Source: an uncultured Pseudobdellovibrionaceae bacterium (GTDB lineage: Bacteria; Pseudomonadota; Alphaproteobacteria; Micavibrionales; Micavibrionaceae). Taken from it: a DNA stretch of 64,000 bases. Each line of letters begins with the position of its first letter. The stretch's first letter is position 1. Where the stretch lies: assembly GCA_964577255.1 (NCBI GenBank), contig CAZNYM010000004.1:804-64803 (forward strand). Direction: 5' to 3'. A model generated the notes under the pieces. That model worked only from the letters and a program-made list of their open reading frames with translations, had not been told where the DNA came from and made no database searches. Of this stretch, positions 54,498 through 62,730 are shown piece by piece. The translations under genes and the position numbers were made by a program.

Positions 54498-56921
54498 CTA
54501 TGCCCTCAGGACGCCGCCGGTCTTGGCAGCTACCGTGTCGGTGATCTTCTTGGCCACCGCTTCAAGGTCGGCATCGGTAAGGGTCTTGTCGCGTGGCTGC
54601 AAAATCACACTGATCGCCACCGATTTCTTGCCCTCAGGCACGCCCTTGCCGGTATAGACGTCGAAAATATCCACCTGCGCGATCAGGTCGCGCTCGGTGC
54701 CGCGTATGGCGCGGATCAGGGCCTCGCTCTCGACGCTGCCATCGACTAGGAACGCGAAATCGCGCGCGACCGGCTGCAGTTCTGGAAGCTGCAACAGCGT
54801 CTTCGCCGTACCCGCCTTTTTGCGCAGCGCCGGCAGGCTGTCGATGAAAACCTCGAACATCGACAACGGCAGGGCGGCATCGAGCGTGTCGCGCAGGCCG
54901 GGATGGATCTCGCCGAAATAAGCCAGTACATCGCGGCCCATGCGCAGGGCCCCAGAACGGCCGGGATGGTACCATGACGGCGCATCGCGCGTGATCTGCA
55001 ATCCCTCAAGCGGCATGCCGCAGGCTTTGAGCACAGCGAGTGCGTCGGCCTTGACATCAAACGCATCGGCGGCGCGGCTTGTGTCCCCGTCTGCCCAGTG
55101 GCGGGGGCCGAAAGCGCCCTGGCGCAGTCCGGCGGCGACCGTGCGCTGGCCGTCGGGGCTGGCATTGATAAAGGCAGGGCCAATTTCAAACAGCGCCACA
55201 TTGGCGAAGCCGCGCGCTTTATTGCGCTGGGCTGCTTCGATCAAAGGCGGCAGCACGCAGGGGCGCATTCGGTCGAGGTCGGCGCTGATCGGATTGGCCA
55301 GCGTGAGCGCAGTTGCCCCCGGATGATCGTTGGCACCAAACAGTGCCGCCTTGGCCGAGGGCATGAACGACCAGGTGATGCATTCGTTCATCCCGCGCGA
55401 TGCCAGCACGGCGCGCGCCCGGCGCTGGCGGGTCAGCTCCGGCGTTTCCGCGCCGCGCGTCAGCGTATGATTTTTGGTGACGGGCGTGGCGGGCAGCTTG
55501 TCGAAGCCGTGCACGCGCACGACCTCCTCGACGATATCGGCCGCGCCCAGCACATCGCCGCGCCAGGCGGGCGGCGTGATCTGCCAGCTTTGCTTGCCGG
55601 TCTTGATGGTAAAGCCAAGCGCCTCGAGAATGGCTTTCTGCTCTTTCTCCTCCACGGCCAGGCCCGCGAGTTTCGCGGTGAAGGCGGGGCTGTAATCGAT
55701 CACGTGCGCCCACGAAGGTACCTTGCCCGCGATCACGGTTTCACTCGCCGTGCCTCCGCAAAATTCAAGAATCAGGCGCGTGGCGATCTCGGCCGCCGGT
55801 ACGGTGAAGGCCGGATCGACCCCACGCTCGAAGCGGTAGCGCGCGTCGCTGTCGATCTGCAGGGCGCGGCCGGTGCGGGCGATGCCTGCCGGATCGAAAT
55901 AGGCGCATTCGAGATAGACGTTCACGCTTGCCTCGGTGCAGCCGCTTGCCTCGCCGCCAATGATGCCGCCCAACCCCAGCACCCCGTCATCATCCGCGAT
56001 CACGGTCATACCGTCCTCAAGCGTGTAATCCTTGCCGTTGAGGGCGCGGAAGCTTTCTCCCTTTTTCGCCGGGCGCACGTGAATGCCGCCTTTGAGCCTG
56101 TCGGCATCGAAGACGTGCAAAGGCCGGCAGAGATCGTAGGAAACATAGTTGGTGATATCGACCAGCGCCGAGATGGGCCGCAGGCCTATGGCCTTCAGTC
56201 GGTCCTGCAGCCAGCGCGGCGAAGGGCCGTTCTTTACGCCTTTGATATAGCGCCCGACGTAAAGCGGGCAGGGGGTGTTGTTCTTATCGTTCGCAAAGCG
56301 CAGTTCCACGCCGACCGTCGATTTGAATCCGCCTTTGGCGGCTTTCTCGTCAAGCGGTTTGAGTTTGCCGGCGCCCGCCGCCGCCAGATCGCGGGCGATG
56401 CCGCGCACGCCCGCGCAATCGGCGCGGTTGGGCGTCAGCGAAATTTCTATGACAGGATCGTCCAGGCCGTAAAGCCCGGCAAAGGGCGTGCCGACCGCGA
56501 CGTCAGCGGCGACATCAATAATGCCTGTGTGCTCGTCGGAGAGGCCCATCTCGCGCTCGGACACCAGCATGCCGTTCGACTCCTGCCCGCGGATCACGCC
56601 CTTTTTCAGTTCAACCCCGGTGCCGGGAATGAAACTGCCGGCGGGGGCGAACACGGCCTTCATGCCGGCGCGCGCGTTCGGCGCACCGCATACCACCTGC
56701 AGCTTCTCCTTGCCGGTATCGACGACGCAGACTTTCAGGCGGTCGGCATCCGGATGCTTCTCGGCTTTCTCGACATAGGCGACGCGAAAGGGGGCGTACA
56801 GCGCGGCGCGGTCTGTCACGCTCTCGACCTCCAGCCCCAAAGCCGTCAGCTTTTCCGAAAGCGCGGCCAGCGGCAGGTCGGTTTCAAGGTGGTCTTTCAG
56901 CCAGCCGAGGGTGAACTTCAT
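54498..56921 (-). CDS. pheT: Phenylalanine--tRNA ligase beta subunit
   Basis: 807 aa. MKFTLGWLKDHLET N-terminus, then tRNA-binding, B3/4, B5 and FDX-ACB domains in the usual order. Confidence 0.93.
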   Translation of the reverse strand: MKFTLGWLKDHLETDLPLAALSEKLTALGLEVESVTDRAALYAPFRVAYVEKAEKHPDADRLKVCVVDTGKEKLQVVCGAPNARAGMKAVFAPAGSFIPGTGVELKKGVIRGQESNGMLVSEREMGLSDEHTGIIDVAADVAVGTPFAGLYGLDDPVIEISLTPNRADCAGVRGIARDLAAAGAGKLKPLDEKAAKGGFKSTVGVELRFANDKNNTPCPLYVGRYIKGVKNGPSPRWLQDRLKAIGLRPISALVDITNYVSYDLCRPLHVFDADRLKGGIHVRPAKKGESFRALNGKDYTLEDGMTVIADDDGVLGLGGIIGGEASGCTEASVNVYLECAYFDPAGIARTGRALQIDSDARYRFERGVDPAFTVPAAEIATRLILEFCGGTASETVIAGKVPSWAHVIDYSPAFTAKLAGLAVEEKEQKAILEALGFTIKTGKQSWQITPPAWRGDVLGAADIVEEVVRVHGFDKLPATPVTKNHTLTRGAETPELTRQRRARAVLASRGMNECITWSFMPSAKAALFGANDHPGATALTLANPISADLDRMRPCVLPPLIEAAQRNKARGFANVALFEIGPAFINASPDGQRTVAAGLRQGAFGPRHWADGDTSRAADAFDVKADALAVLKACGMPLEGLQITRDAPSWYHPGRSGALRMGRDVLAYFGEIHPGLRDTLDAALPLSMFEVFIDSLPALRKKAGTAKTLLQLPELQPVARDFAFLVDGSVESEALIRAIRGTERDLIAQVDIFDVYTGKGVPEGKKSVAISVILQPRDKTLTDADLEAVAKKITDTVAAKTGGVLRA

Positions 56922-57000
56922 GGGGGCAGATTTCCTTAATTTTCAATGCAAGACAAAGACTTAGCCGGATTCCACGGGTTTGGCCAGCCTTATATTGAAT

Positions 57001-57030
57001 TTGACAAAGCCCGGGAAACTCCGTTAACAT
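57001..57030 (+). promoter_or_regulatory. Putative sigma-70-type promoter for the orphan ORF at 57074
   Basis: TTGACA (57001-57006), 18-nt spacer, TAACAT (57025-57030). Motif match only. Confidence 0.3.
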
Positions 57031-57073
57031 ACTAGGAAATAAGCAATAACCAAGAAATTTTGGGTGTGTAACA

Positions 57074-57517
57074 ATGGAAAAGATCACAGGCTTCTTAAGC
57101 CAGCTGTTTAGCGACCCCATGGGCGCTATCAAAGGCGTGTTCTCCAGCATCAGCAGTGCTTTCGGATTTGGCGGAGGTGACAGGGGAACCGTCGCCAATA
57201 CGCCGGCTTCGGCGCCCGAACCGACCGCGACATCCACTTCAACCGACACCGGCCGCACGGTATATTCCGGCCCTGCCTCCTCGCCCGCCCCGGCGGCCAA
57301 GGAAGGCTGCGGCTGGGATGTCATGTGCAACCTGAAAAAGGTCGGCGATATGATCGGGCTGGGCGGCGCTTTCCGTGGCGCGGTGCGTTTGCCAGATGGC
57401 GGCGAGATCGTGAAAAACCCCAACAACGCACGGATCGTTCTTCCCGGCGGGTGGGGCATCAGCACCAACCGTGGCCGCACCTCGGTGGGCGGGCCGAACG
57501 GCGGGATCAGCTTCTAA
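57074..57517 (+). CDS. Hypothetical Gly/Ser/Pro-rich small protein (147 aa)
   Basis: MEKITGFLSQLFSDPMGAIKGVFSSISSAFGFGGG...GCGWDVMC...GGWGISTNRGRTSVGGPNGGISF. Third codon positions are strongly G/C-biased, supporting coding. The competing minus-strand ORF 56884-57480 is Pro/Ser/Arg-rich shadow. No family recognised. Confidence 0.5.
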   Translation: MEKITGFLSQLFSDPMGAIKGVFSSISSAFGFGGGDRGTVANTPASAPEPTATSTSTDTGRTVYSGPASSPAPAAKEGCGWDVMCNLKKVGDMIGLGGAFRGAVRLPDGGEIVKNPNNARIVLPGGWGISTNRGRTSVGGPNGGISF

Positions 57518-57957
57518 ACCATCATCACGTGCAGTGTGAAATCAAGCTTGTGGCCCAGGGTCTTGTATAAAGCCTGGGCCGCTTCGTTTCGAGCCTCGGC
57601 CAGCCAGTAAAGCCGCGCCCACTGTTCTTTTTTGCCCTGCGCCGCCAGATGCTCGACCAGCGCCCGGCCGATCCCCTTCTGGCGCGCGGCCGGCGCCACG
57701 AACAGATCCTGCATGTAGCAGGCGGGCGCGAGCGCCCCGGTAACAGGATGCAGGATGTAATGCACCAGGCCGATCAGGTTTCCCTCTTTATCGAACGCGC
57801 CGAAGCCCTTCACGGCGGAAGCGGGATCAGTCAGGCGCAGCCAGGTGGCGGTCGTCACCTGCTCGTTTTTCAGGCCTTGATTATTGTCGTTCCAGAGCAC
57901 CAGCCAGTGCGGGAAGTCGTCGGCGCGCAGCGGCCGGATCAGCGGCTTCACGGTCAT
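57514..57957 (-). CDS. GNAT-family N-acetyltransferase
   Basis: 147 aa. DLFVAPAARQKGIGRALV acetyl-CoA (Q/R-x-x-G-x-G/A) motif. The ATG overlaps the pheS stop (ATGA). Confidence 0.8.
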   Translation of the reverse strand: MTVKPLIRPLRADDFPHWLVLWNDNNQGLKNEQVTTATWLRLTDPASAVKGFGAFDKEGNLIGLVHYILHPVTGALAPACYMQDLFVAPAARQKGIGRALVEHLAAQGKKEQWARLYWLAEARNEAAQALYKTLGHKLDFTLHVMMV

Positions 57958-59057
57958 TCACCGGTGGCGCGGTTGGGGCGGAATAGCGGATCGAAACCGT
58001 AATGGTCGAGCCAGCGCGTATCGCTTTCAAAGAAGGTGCGTAGGTCGGGAATGCCGTATTTGAGCATGGTGGCGCGCTCGAGCCCCATGCCGAAGGCGAA
58101 GCCCTGATACTCCTCGGGGTCGATGCCGCAGTTGCGCAGCACGTTCGGATGCACCATGCCCGCACCTAGGATTTCCATCCATTTCTGGTTTTCGGGCTTG
58201 TCTGCGCGTCCCAGTTTCAGCCCGCCGCCCTCGCGCGAGCAGCCGATATCCACTTCCGCGCCAGGTTCCACGAACGGGAAGAAACTGGGGCGGAAACGCA
58301 CTGGCAGGTCGTCGACCTGGAAGAAAGCGCGCACGAAATCGGTCAGGCAGCCCTTCAGATGGCCCATATTCACGTCTTTGTCGACGAACAGGCACTCCAT
58401 CTGGTGGAACATAGGCGTGTGGGTCATGTCCCAGTCCGAACGGTAGCAGCGCCCGAAGCAGATGATGCGAAGGGGCGGCTTATTGTTCATCATGTGGCGG
58501 ATCTGCACCGTCGAAGTATGGGTGCGCAGCAGTTTTTTGACCGGCTGGCCTTTGTCGTCGACACCGTCGGGTAAATAGAATGTATCGTGCATCTCCCGCG
58601 CCGGGTGGCCGGGCGGGAAATTGAGCGCGGTGAAATTGTGGAAGTCGTCCTCTATGTCCGGCCCCTGCGCCACGGTAAAGCCCATGTCGCCGAAAATCGA
58701 GACCAGCTCCTCCATCGTCTGGCTGATGGGGTGTATGTGCCCCTGGCGCGCGGGCCGGGGCGACAGCGTGATGTCGATGGTTTCATGCACCAGCTTTTCA
58801 TTGAGCGCCTGGGCCTTGAGGGAATTTTCCTGGCGGGCGATCAGCGCGGCAATATCGTCTTTCAGCACGTTGAGCGCCGCGCCCATGGCCTTGCGCGCCT
58901 CGGGATCCATCTGCCCGAGCGTTTTCATCAGGCCGGTAATGCGTCCGTTTTTGCCCAGAGCGGTCACGCGCGCCTGCTCGAGGCTCGGCAGGTCGTTGGC
59001 GGCTTCAACCAGGCTTGCCAGTTCTTTTTGCAGGTCTTGGATCAGGGCATCGGTCAT
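57954..59057 (-). CDS. pheS: Phenylalanine--tRNA ligase alpha subunit
   Basis: 367 aa. HPARE.HDTFY, class II motifs (RTHTS..., GRCYRSD, GFAFGMGLERATMLKYGI). Confidence 0.93.
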   Translation of the reverse strand: MTDALIQDLQKELASLVEAANDLPSLEQARVTALGKNGRITGLMKTLGQMDPEARKAMGAALNVLKDDIAALIARQENSLKAQALNEKLVHETIDITLSPRPARQGHIHPISQTMEELVSIFGDMGFTVAQGPDIEDDFHNFTALNFPPGHPAREMHDTFYLPDGVDDKGQPVKKLLRTHTSTVQIRHMMNNKPPLRIICFGRCYRSDWDMTHTPMFHQMECLFVDKDVNMGHLKGCLTDFVRAFFQVDDLPVRFRPSFFPFVEPGAEVDIGCSREGGGLKLGRADKPENQKWMEILGAGMVHPNVLRNCGIDPEEYQGFAFGMGLERATMLKYGIPDLRTFFESDTRWLDHYGFDPLFRPNRATGE

Positions 59058-59115
59058 GGTGGTCAGATTATGCCGTTTCGTTCGCGCGTTTCCAGAGGAT
59101 TCTTGCGCCCCCCGG

Positions 59116-59152
59116 CCACAAAACAGCCCGCACCTTTGAAAAGGGCGGGCTG
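59116..59152 (-). terminator. Hairpin plus U-run between rplT and pheS (terminator or attenuator)
   Basis: CAGCCCGC (59124-59131) / GCGGGCTG (59145-59152). On the minus strand it is followed by TTTTGTGG. Confidence 0.45.
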
Positions 59153-59213
59153 CTTTGCCGTATCAATGGTGATGTGTGGGAGTCTGATACGGAAGCCTTT
59201 TAAATTTCTGTCA

Positions 59214-59573
59214 TCAGGCTGCTTTCTTCAGCGCCTCCGCCACTTTCTTGGCGACGATGTTGAAGTCCTCCGGATGACGGGCCGCGAGATCGGCCAGCAC
59301 CTTGCGGTCCAGTTCGATCTTGGCCAGTTTCAGGCCGTGCATGAACTGCGAATAGGTCATGCCGTTCAGGCGCGCGGCGGCGTTGATGCGCTGGATCCAC
59401 AGCCCGCGGAAATCGCGTTTCTTGAGGCGGCGATGCTCGTAGGCGTAGGCGGACGCGCGTTCGACCGAGTTGGCGGCAATGCGGTAGCACTTGCTGCGGC
59501 GGCCGAAATAACCTTTCGCCTGCTTGAGAACTTTCTTGTGACGGGGCCAGGAGCCCGATTTTGCGCGTGACAT
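59214..59573 (-). CDS. rplT: 50S ribosomal protein L20
   Basis: 119 aa. [26 protein letters not shown]..., a classic L20 N-terminus. Confidence 0.95.
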   Translation of the reverse strand: MSRAKSGSWPRHKKVLKQAKGYFGRRSKCYRIAANSVERASAYAYEHRRLKKRDFRGLWIQRINAAARLNGMTYSQFMHGLKLAKIELDRKVLADLAARHPEDFNIVAKKVAEALKKAA

Positions 59574-59575
59574 GA

Positions 59576-59836
59576 TCAGGCTCCTTTCGCGGCGGAATCA
59601 GCCTTGGCGCGCGCGCGCACGATCTTGCGGCGGCCGCGCTGGTAAGGCATGAAGTTTTTCAGGACTTTTTCGCCATCGGCCCTGAACATGGTGTCCGTGC
59701 CTTTGGCTTTGCGCTTCATTGATTTCGGGCGGTTCATCAGCAGGTGGCGCTTATTCGACTGCTGGAACTTGACCTTGCCCGTCGACGTGACCCGGAATCG
59801 CTTCTTGGCCCCGCTTTTGGTCTTCATCTTCGGCAT
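59576..59836 (-). CDS. rpmI: 50S ribosomal protein L35 (with ~19-aa basic C-terminal extension)
   Basis: ATG 59836 is preceded by [36 protein letters not shown].... 86 aa. The track start at 59851 adds MKEHE without an SD. Confidence 0.9.
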   Translation of the reverse strand: MPKMKTKSGAKKRFRVTSTGKVKFQQSNKRHLLMNRPKSMKRKAKGTDTMFRADGEKVLKNFMPYQRGRRKIVRARAKADSAAKGA

Positions 59837-60007
59837 TTCATGCTCCTTCAAAAAGGGTGATAAAACAAAGGCTTTCGCCTTGTGGAGGTGTCCCTCCGGG
59901 GTCGTCGAGGCATGCCGATTACAATCGCCAGACGGCCCGTTCCTTGCGGAAGGCTGTGTTATATACGCCTCCCGGCCCCCCGATCAAGGATTTTCCGGGC
60001 GGAAACG

Positions 60008-60763
60008 CTAGGAAAATTTCTTCAGGAACTGTTGAATATGAAAAAGAACAGAAGCCCGGTGAGCTGGTAAAGGCAGGCCGTGGGCGCCGTTCTGGTACGA
60101 GGTAATCTCGACCCGGGGCGACTTTTTGACGTGGAGGCGGATCTCGTCGATCTGGCCGGGCGGGGCCTCGGTGTCCGATTCCCCGTACTGGATCAGCAGG
60201 GGGGCCTCAACCGCCGTCAGCAGCGGGGCGGGGTCGAAGGCGGCCAGTTCGGCCAGATAGGCGCCGTCGATGCTGTGATCCTTCCAGGTTACCGGGCCGG
60301 GGGCGCCCGAAGCCGGCAAAAGGGCCTTGAGCGGCGTGTCGGCCGGGCGGAACACGGGCCAGAGCATGACGGCCGCCGCGCAGTCCCCGAGGCAGGAGAG
60401 GGCGGGCAGAGCGCCGTAGCCCTCGCTCAGCAGGAAAAAGCGGTCGTAACCGTTCTGCCGGGCCCAGTCGCGGACGATACCGACATCCTCATGGGCCGAG
60501 GCCAGGGAAAAGTTCTGTGTGTCGCCGGCGCTCGATCCCCAGCCACAAAAATCAAAACGTAACGTATCGAAACCATAAAGGCTCAGGCCTTCCTGCAGCT
60601 CCTCGAGGATCAGCCCGGTTCCCGACAGGTTGCCGGGTATGTCGTGGAGCATGATGACGAGCGGCAGTTCCTTGCGTACCACAGGGCCGCCGAGAATAGC
60701 GTTGATTTCCTTCGGATTTTCTTCTCCCGCGGGGGAGATTTTCAGGAGGTCTGTGCGGCCCAT
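60008..60763 (-). CDS. Alpha/beta hydrolase
   Basis: 251 aa. VIMLHDIPG...LRFDFCGWGSSAGD...LLSEGYGA nucleophile elbow. Distantly resembles the 25917 hydrolase. Confidence 0.65.
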   Translation of the reverse strand: MGRTDLLKISPAGEENPKEINAILGGPVVRKELPLVIMLHDIPGNLSGTGLILEELQEGLSLYGFDTLRFDFCGWGSSAGDTQNFSLASAHEDVGIVRDWARQNGYDRFFLLSEGYGALPALSCLGDCAAAVMLWPVFRPADTPLKALLPASGAPGPVTWKDHSIDGAYLAELAAFDPAPLLTAVEAPLLIQYGESDTEAPPGQIDEIRLHVKKSPRVEITSYQNGAHGLPLPAHRASVLFHIQQFLKKFS

Positions 60764-60778
60764 TACGATACGGTTCGT

Positions 60779-61306
60779 TTATGCCTTTTTACGCCCGGAT
60801 TTACGACTTGGCGCGGCGGCGACAATCTGCGCATCCAGATTCCATTGCGGGGTGATCCATTCCCACGGGAAATGGATCCAGGTGTTCTGGCTGACGGTGG
60901 TAATGAATGCGTCGACGGTGTTCAGCCCCTTGGGTTTGGCGTAAATCGCCGCGAAATAAGCTTTGGGCAGCAGCTTGCGCGCCGCGCGGAAGGTATTGCC
61001 GGTATCAACCAGGTCGTCGATCACGATCCAGCCCTTGCCGTCGCCCGCAATCTCGGGGATTTTCAGAGCCTTGGCCTTGCCCTGCTTATTATAGTCATAA
61101 CTTGAGATGCATAGCGTCTCGACCAGGCGGATGTCCATGTCGCGGGAGACGATAGTGGCGGGCACCAGGCCGCCGCGGGCGACGCCGATAATGCCTCTCC
61201 AGCCGGTGCCCATCTGCTGCAGCTGGCGCGCGAGCGCCCGGGAATTGCGGTGCATCTCTTCCCACGAAACGGGGAAATCCAGGGGAACGGCCGTCAGTTT
61301 GCTCAT
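60779..61306 (-). CDS. gpt: Xanthine-guanine phosphoribosyltransferase
   Basis: 175 aa. VSWEEMHRNSRALARQL..., WIVIDDLVDTGNT PRPP motif, and WIHFPWE near the C-terminus. Confidence 0.88.
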   Translation of the reverse strand: MSKLTAVPLDFPVSWEEMHRNSRALARQLQQMGTGWRGIIGVARGGLVPATIVSRDMDIRLVETLCISSYDYNKQGKAKALKIPEIAGDGKGWIVIDDLVDTGNTFRAARKLLPKAYFAAIYAKPKGLNTVDAFITTVSQNTWIHFPWEWITPQWNLDAQIVAAAPSRKSGRKKA

Positions 61307-61393
61307 GCTGTATGCCTTGCGCGCGCGGAAAGTTGAACCGTTCCCGTTATGGCGCGGGCGGGGGGAAAAAACAAGGGGCGCGCCCGGCCATAC

Positions 61394-61891
61394 CTAGATA
61401 TCCTTGCCGCCGTCCTCGTCCAGAACGGTGAAGGAATCGATCCGCCAGTGACCGGCTTCGTCGCGCCGCAGGCGGTAGATCATCAGCACCGGTTCGTGCC
61501 CGGATTTGCCGTCCTCGATCTCGACTTTTTGCAGCAGGCCATCCGCCAGGGGGATCTGGTCGAGGAAGCGAAAGCGGCTGTGATTGTAGAGCGCGCGGTG
61601 TGTAAAACGCAGATCCTCGAGGAACTTCGCCGCGTCGGCGTATTTCTCATGCAGCGCTCCCATGGTCAGCGCGAAGGCCCGCTCGGCATCGCGGGTGCGG
61701 ATGGCATCGAGCTGCTGCCCAATCACTTCCTGCACGTTGCCGGTGGGGGCGGAGGAGGCGGCTTTTTCATCGGCGCGCGCATCCTGCCGGGTGCTGGACA
61801 GTATGAATGCCGCAAGCGCCACCAGCAGGAGACCGAGGCTCAGGAGCGGGCTGGGTCCGTGCGTGGCGGTGATCTGGCGGCTTTTGTGCAT
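61394..61891 (-). CDS. DUF4864-like (NTF2-fold) secreted or membrane-anchored protein
   Basis: 165 aa with an N-terminal hydrophobic anchor. QQLDAIRTRDAERAF...YRLRRDEAGHWRIDSF pattern recalled from DUF4864. Confidence 0.55.
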   Translation of the reverse strand: MHKSRQITATHGPSPLLSLGLLLVALAAFILSSTRQDARADEKAASSAPTGNVQEVIGQQLDAIRTRDAERAFALTMGALHEKYADAAKFLEDLRFTHRALYNHSRFRFLDQIPLADGLLQKVEIEDGKSGHEPVLMIYRLRRDEAGHWRIDSFTVLDEDGGKDI

Positions 61892-61976
61892 TTATCTCTC
61901 TTGGTGTCCTTGTCCCCTGCCGGTTCCTGCCTGTAAGATGGACTCGAAAGGCGTAAACCGCACAGACTTAAATGTT

Positions 61977-62729
61977 ATGATAAAGATCCTTAAGGTTCTA
62001 TTAATATTTGTGTTCCTTCCGGTCGCTCCGGCGCGCGCCGCCGATCCGTCACCGGACGTCCTGGCCGCGATGAAGGATACGCCCATCGTGATCGAGCTTT
62101 TCTCGTCGCAGGCCTGTGTGTTCTGCCCGCAGGCCGACCGTCTGTTCGCTGATCTGGTGCAACAGCCCGGCGTCATCGGCCTCGCCTGCCATGTCGATTA
62201 TTTTGATGTTGCTACCGGCGCGCTGTCGCAGCCCTTCTGCACCACCCGACAAAGCTGGTACATGGATATCCTGGCGGCCGGGCCCAATTACACACCGCAG
62301 ATGGTGATCGACGGTACCATCGACGTCGTCGGTTACAAGCACAAGAAAGTGACCGAGGGGCTGGCCGAAGCGACGCAGAACCGACCGCTCGTCAGAATCG
62401 ATATCAGCCCTACCGCCGAACTGGGTTCCTATCTGGCCGAATGGAAGCCGCCGGAACAGGCGCAGGGCGACATCGCTTTTTTCCTGATCAAGACCGACAA
62501 GCCGCATGACGTCGTGGTGGCCGACGGCCGCAACAAGGGTCAGCGTATGTCTTACATGAACATCGCAAGCGCGTTTGACGATCTTGGCACCTGGCCGCAG
62601 GCGGCGGGTTCGATGCGCGTGCCTGCCGCGCTCACGGCGCAGCAGCAGGGTTTCGTGCTGCTTGCACAGAACCGCCAGACCGGCGAGATCGTCGCGGCCG
62701 GGCAATATAAGGCCAATAACGCGGAATAA
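61977..62729 (+). CDS. DUF1223-family secreted thioredoxin-like protein
   Basis: From ATG 61977: MIKILKVLLIFVFLPVAPARA signal peptide, VIELFSSQACVFCPQADRL...LACHVDYF...YTPQMVIDG. 250 aa. Confidence 0.7.
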   Translation: MIKILKVLLIFVFLPVAPARAADPSPDVLAAMKDTPIVIELFSSQACVFCPQADRLFADLVQQPGVIGLACHVDYFDVATGALSQPFCTTRQSWYMDILAAGPNYTPQMVIDGTIDVVGYKHKKVTEGLAEATQNRPLVRIDISPTAELGSYLAEWKPPEQAQGDIAFFLIKTDKPHDVVVADGRNKGQRMSYMNIASAFDDLGTWPQAAGSMRVPAALTAQQQGFVLLAQNRQTGEIVAAGQYKANNAE

Positions 62730-62730
62730 T

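Noticed and set aside
56884-57480. 198-aa minus-strand ORF between pheT and the GNAT gene
   Set aside because: It is a Pro/Ser/Arg-rich frame that runs through the pheT start and the promoter-like region. The + strand ORF 57074-57517 has far better third-position G/C bias.
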